Made by a program: the position numbers and the translations under genes
The notes under the pieces: generated by a model
Told to the model about the DNA's origin: nothing
What the model saw: the letters and a program-made list of their open reading frames with translations, nothing else
Databases searched by the model: none
DNA from: Synechococcus sp.
GTDB taxonomy: Bacteria > Cyanobacteriota > Cyanobacteriia > Thermostichales > PCC-7336
Length of the DNA: 29,163 nt
Direction: 5' to 3'
NCBI GenBank assembly: GCA_051439605.1
Contig: JBFRWN010000143.1
Location: 1 to 29,163, forward strand
Shown here: in pieces, positions 28,275 through 29,163 of the stretch
Layout of the letters: the number at the start of each line of letters is the position of its first letter
How positions within the stretch are numbered: the stretch's first letter is position 1

Positions 28275-29163
28275 TTGAAACGAGTTTCTTCCGCTAGAGC
28301 TACATTTCCACTACCTGCTGTAGTGAACCAGGACCTCATCAAGTTGGGGTTGCTGATGTTGGCCGTCGACCCGCAGTTGGGAGGAGTGGCAATCGCAGGA
28401 CGTCGCGGCACAGCCAAGACCGTCTTAGCGAGAGGATTGCATGCGTTATTGCCCCATATTGAAGCGATCGAAGGTTCCTGCTGTAATTGCGATCCCAACA
28501 ATCCAGGGGAATGGGATGATGATACGGCTGGGCAGATGGCTCGATACAGATCGTCAACAGCCGATCGCCAGCTATCGCTCCCCATTGAGGTCAAGCCAAC
28601 CCCCTTCGTCCAGGTTCCGCTGGGAGTGACGGAGGATAGGCTGCTTGGGTCGGTGGATGTGGTTCGCTCTGTAGAACGGGGAGAAACTGTCTTCCAACCG
28701 GGTTTGTTAGCAGAAGCTCATCGCGGCGTACTCTACGTCGACGAACTGAATTTGCTAGAGGACAGCATTGCCAATCTGCTGCTGACAATTTTGACGGAGG
28801 GGCGAAATCGCATCGAGCGGGAAGGCATCAGCTTCGAACATCCATGCAAACCCTTATTCATTGCCACTTACAATCCCGCAGAAAAAGAGTTGCGCTCTCG
28901 CTTGTTCGACCTATTTGCCATTGGACTATCGGCAGATAGCACGCTGACAGTAGAACAACGGGTAGAAGGGGTAGAGCGTGCGATCGCCTACCAAAACAAT
29001 CCGCAATCATTTCTCGAACGGTACGCTACTGACATTGACGAACTCAAATTGCAAATTACCCTCGCCCGAGAGTTACTCCCTCTCGTAACGATCGCCCGGC
29101 ATCAGATCGTCTATCTGGTCTCGGAGGCCGAGCGAGCACAAGTGGAAGGTCACCGAGGGGAAT
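28275..29163 (+). CDS. chlD: Magnesium chelatase subunit D, N-terminal AAA+ part (runs off the window edge)
   Basis: Not in the ORF track. The frame is open from 28089 to the end: FPLPAVV.Q..IK..L...[67 protein letters not shown]. Only TTG starts precede the conserved part; 28275 is a guess. Confidence 0.9.
   Translation, partial: MKRVSSARATFPLPAVVNQDLIKLGLLMLAVDPQLGGVAIAGRRGTAKTVLARGLHALLPHIEAIEGSCCNCDPNNPGEWDDDTAGQMARYRSSTADRQLSLPIEVKPTPFVQVPLGVTEDRLLGSVDVVRSVERGETVFQPGLLAEAHRGVLYVDELNLLEDSIANLLLTILTEGRNRIEREGISFEHPCKPLFIATYNPAEKELRSRLFDLFAIGLSADSTLTVEQRVEGVERAIAYQNNPQSFLERYATDIDELKLQITLARELLPLVTIARHQIVYLVSEAERAQVEGHRGE

Larger units (their letters stand above)
479..28987. repeat. Dispersed HIP1 octamer GCGATCGC
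   Basis: Examples at 479, 1322, 9302, 21170, 26161 and 28980, among many others; typical of cyanobacterial genomes. Confidence 0.9.

Noticed and set aside
28040..28788. Minus-strand ORFs 28040-28594, 28339-28557 and 28591-28788
   Set aside because: Antisense to the clearly conserved chlD frame.
1..29163. CRISPR arrays, tRNA/rRNA genes, transposases or integrases
   Set aside because: None recognised by eye. Island mobility is therefore unsupported within this window, and HIP1 occurs throughout, arguing against recent non-cyanobacterial origin.

Overview
Cyanobacterial DNA (frequent HIP1 GCGATCGC; psbA, bicA, psb34, chlD) densely packed with light-stress and light-energy genes. In order: 5' end of psbA with an HLR1/RpaB promoter; a hypothetical gene; beta-carotene ketolase crtW; a hypothetical gene; a TIGR03643-like protein; a CsgA-like SDR; an acyltransferase; a bicA-mrpCDEFG-DUF4040-mrpB block with a CcmR/NdhR-type box; an atypical photolyase/cryptochrome; DoxX; an atypical SDR; DUF1997; a divergent clpC; a decayed sigma-factor 3' fragment; a 47-aa DUF2256 gene; a SigD-like sigma factor; a CAB-less, His-tailed ferrochelatase; an NblB-like HEAT protein; a Gloeobacter-type DTE proton-pump rhodopsin followed by a membrane protein, MarC and an alpha/beta hydrolase; a small Cys-rich protein; psb34; a 53-aa ORF; and the 5' part of a chlD lacking the usual Arg finger. 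The main leads are the rhodopsin/CrtW/Mrp/BicA co-location, the cryptochrome-like Asp and terminal QLKLF motif in the photolyase homolog, and several divergent versions of core genes. All family calls come from motif recognition and recalled reference sequences; no database search was run.
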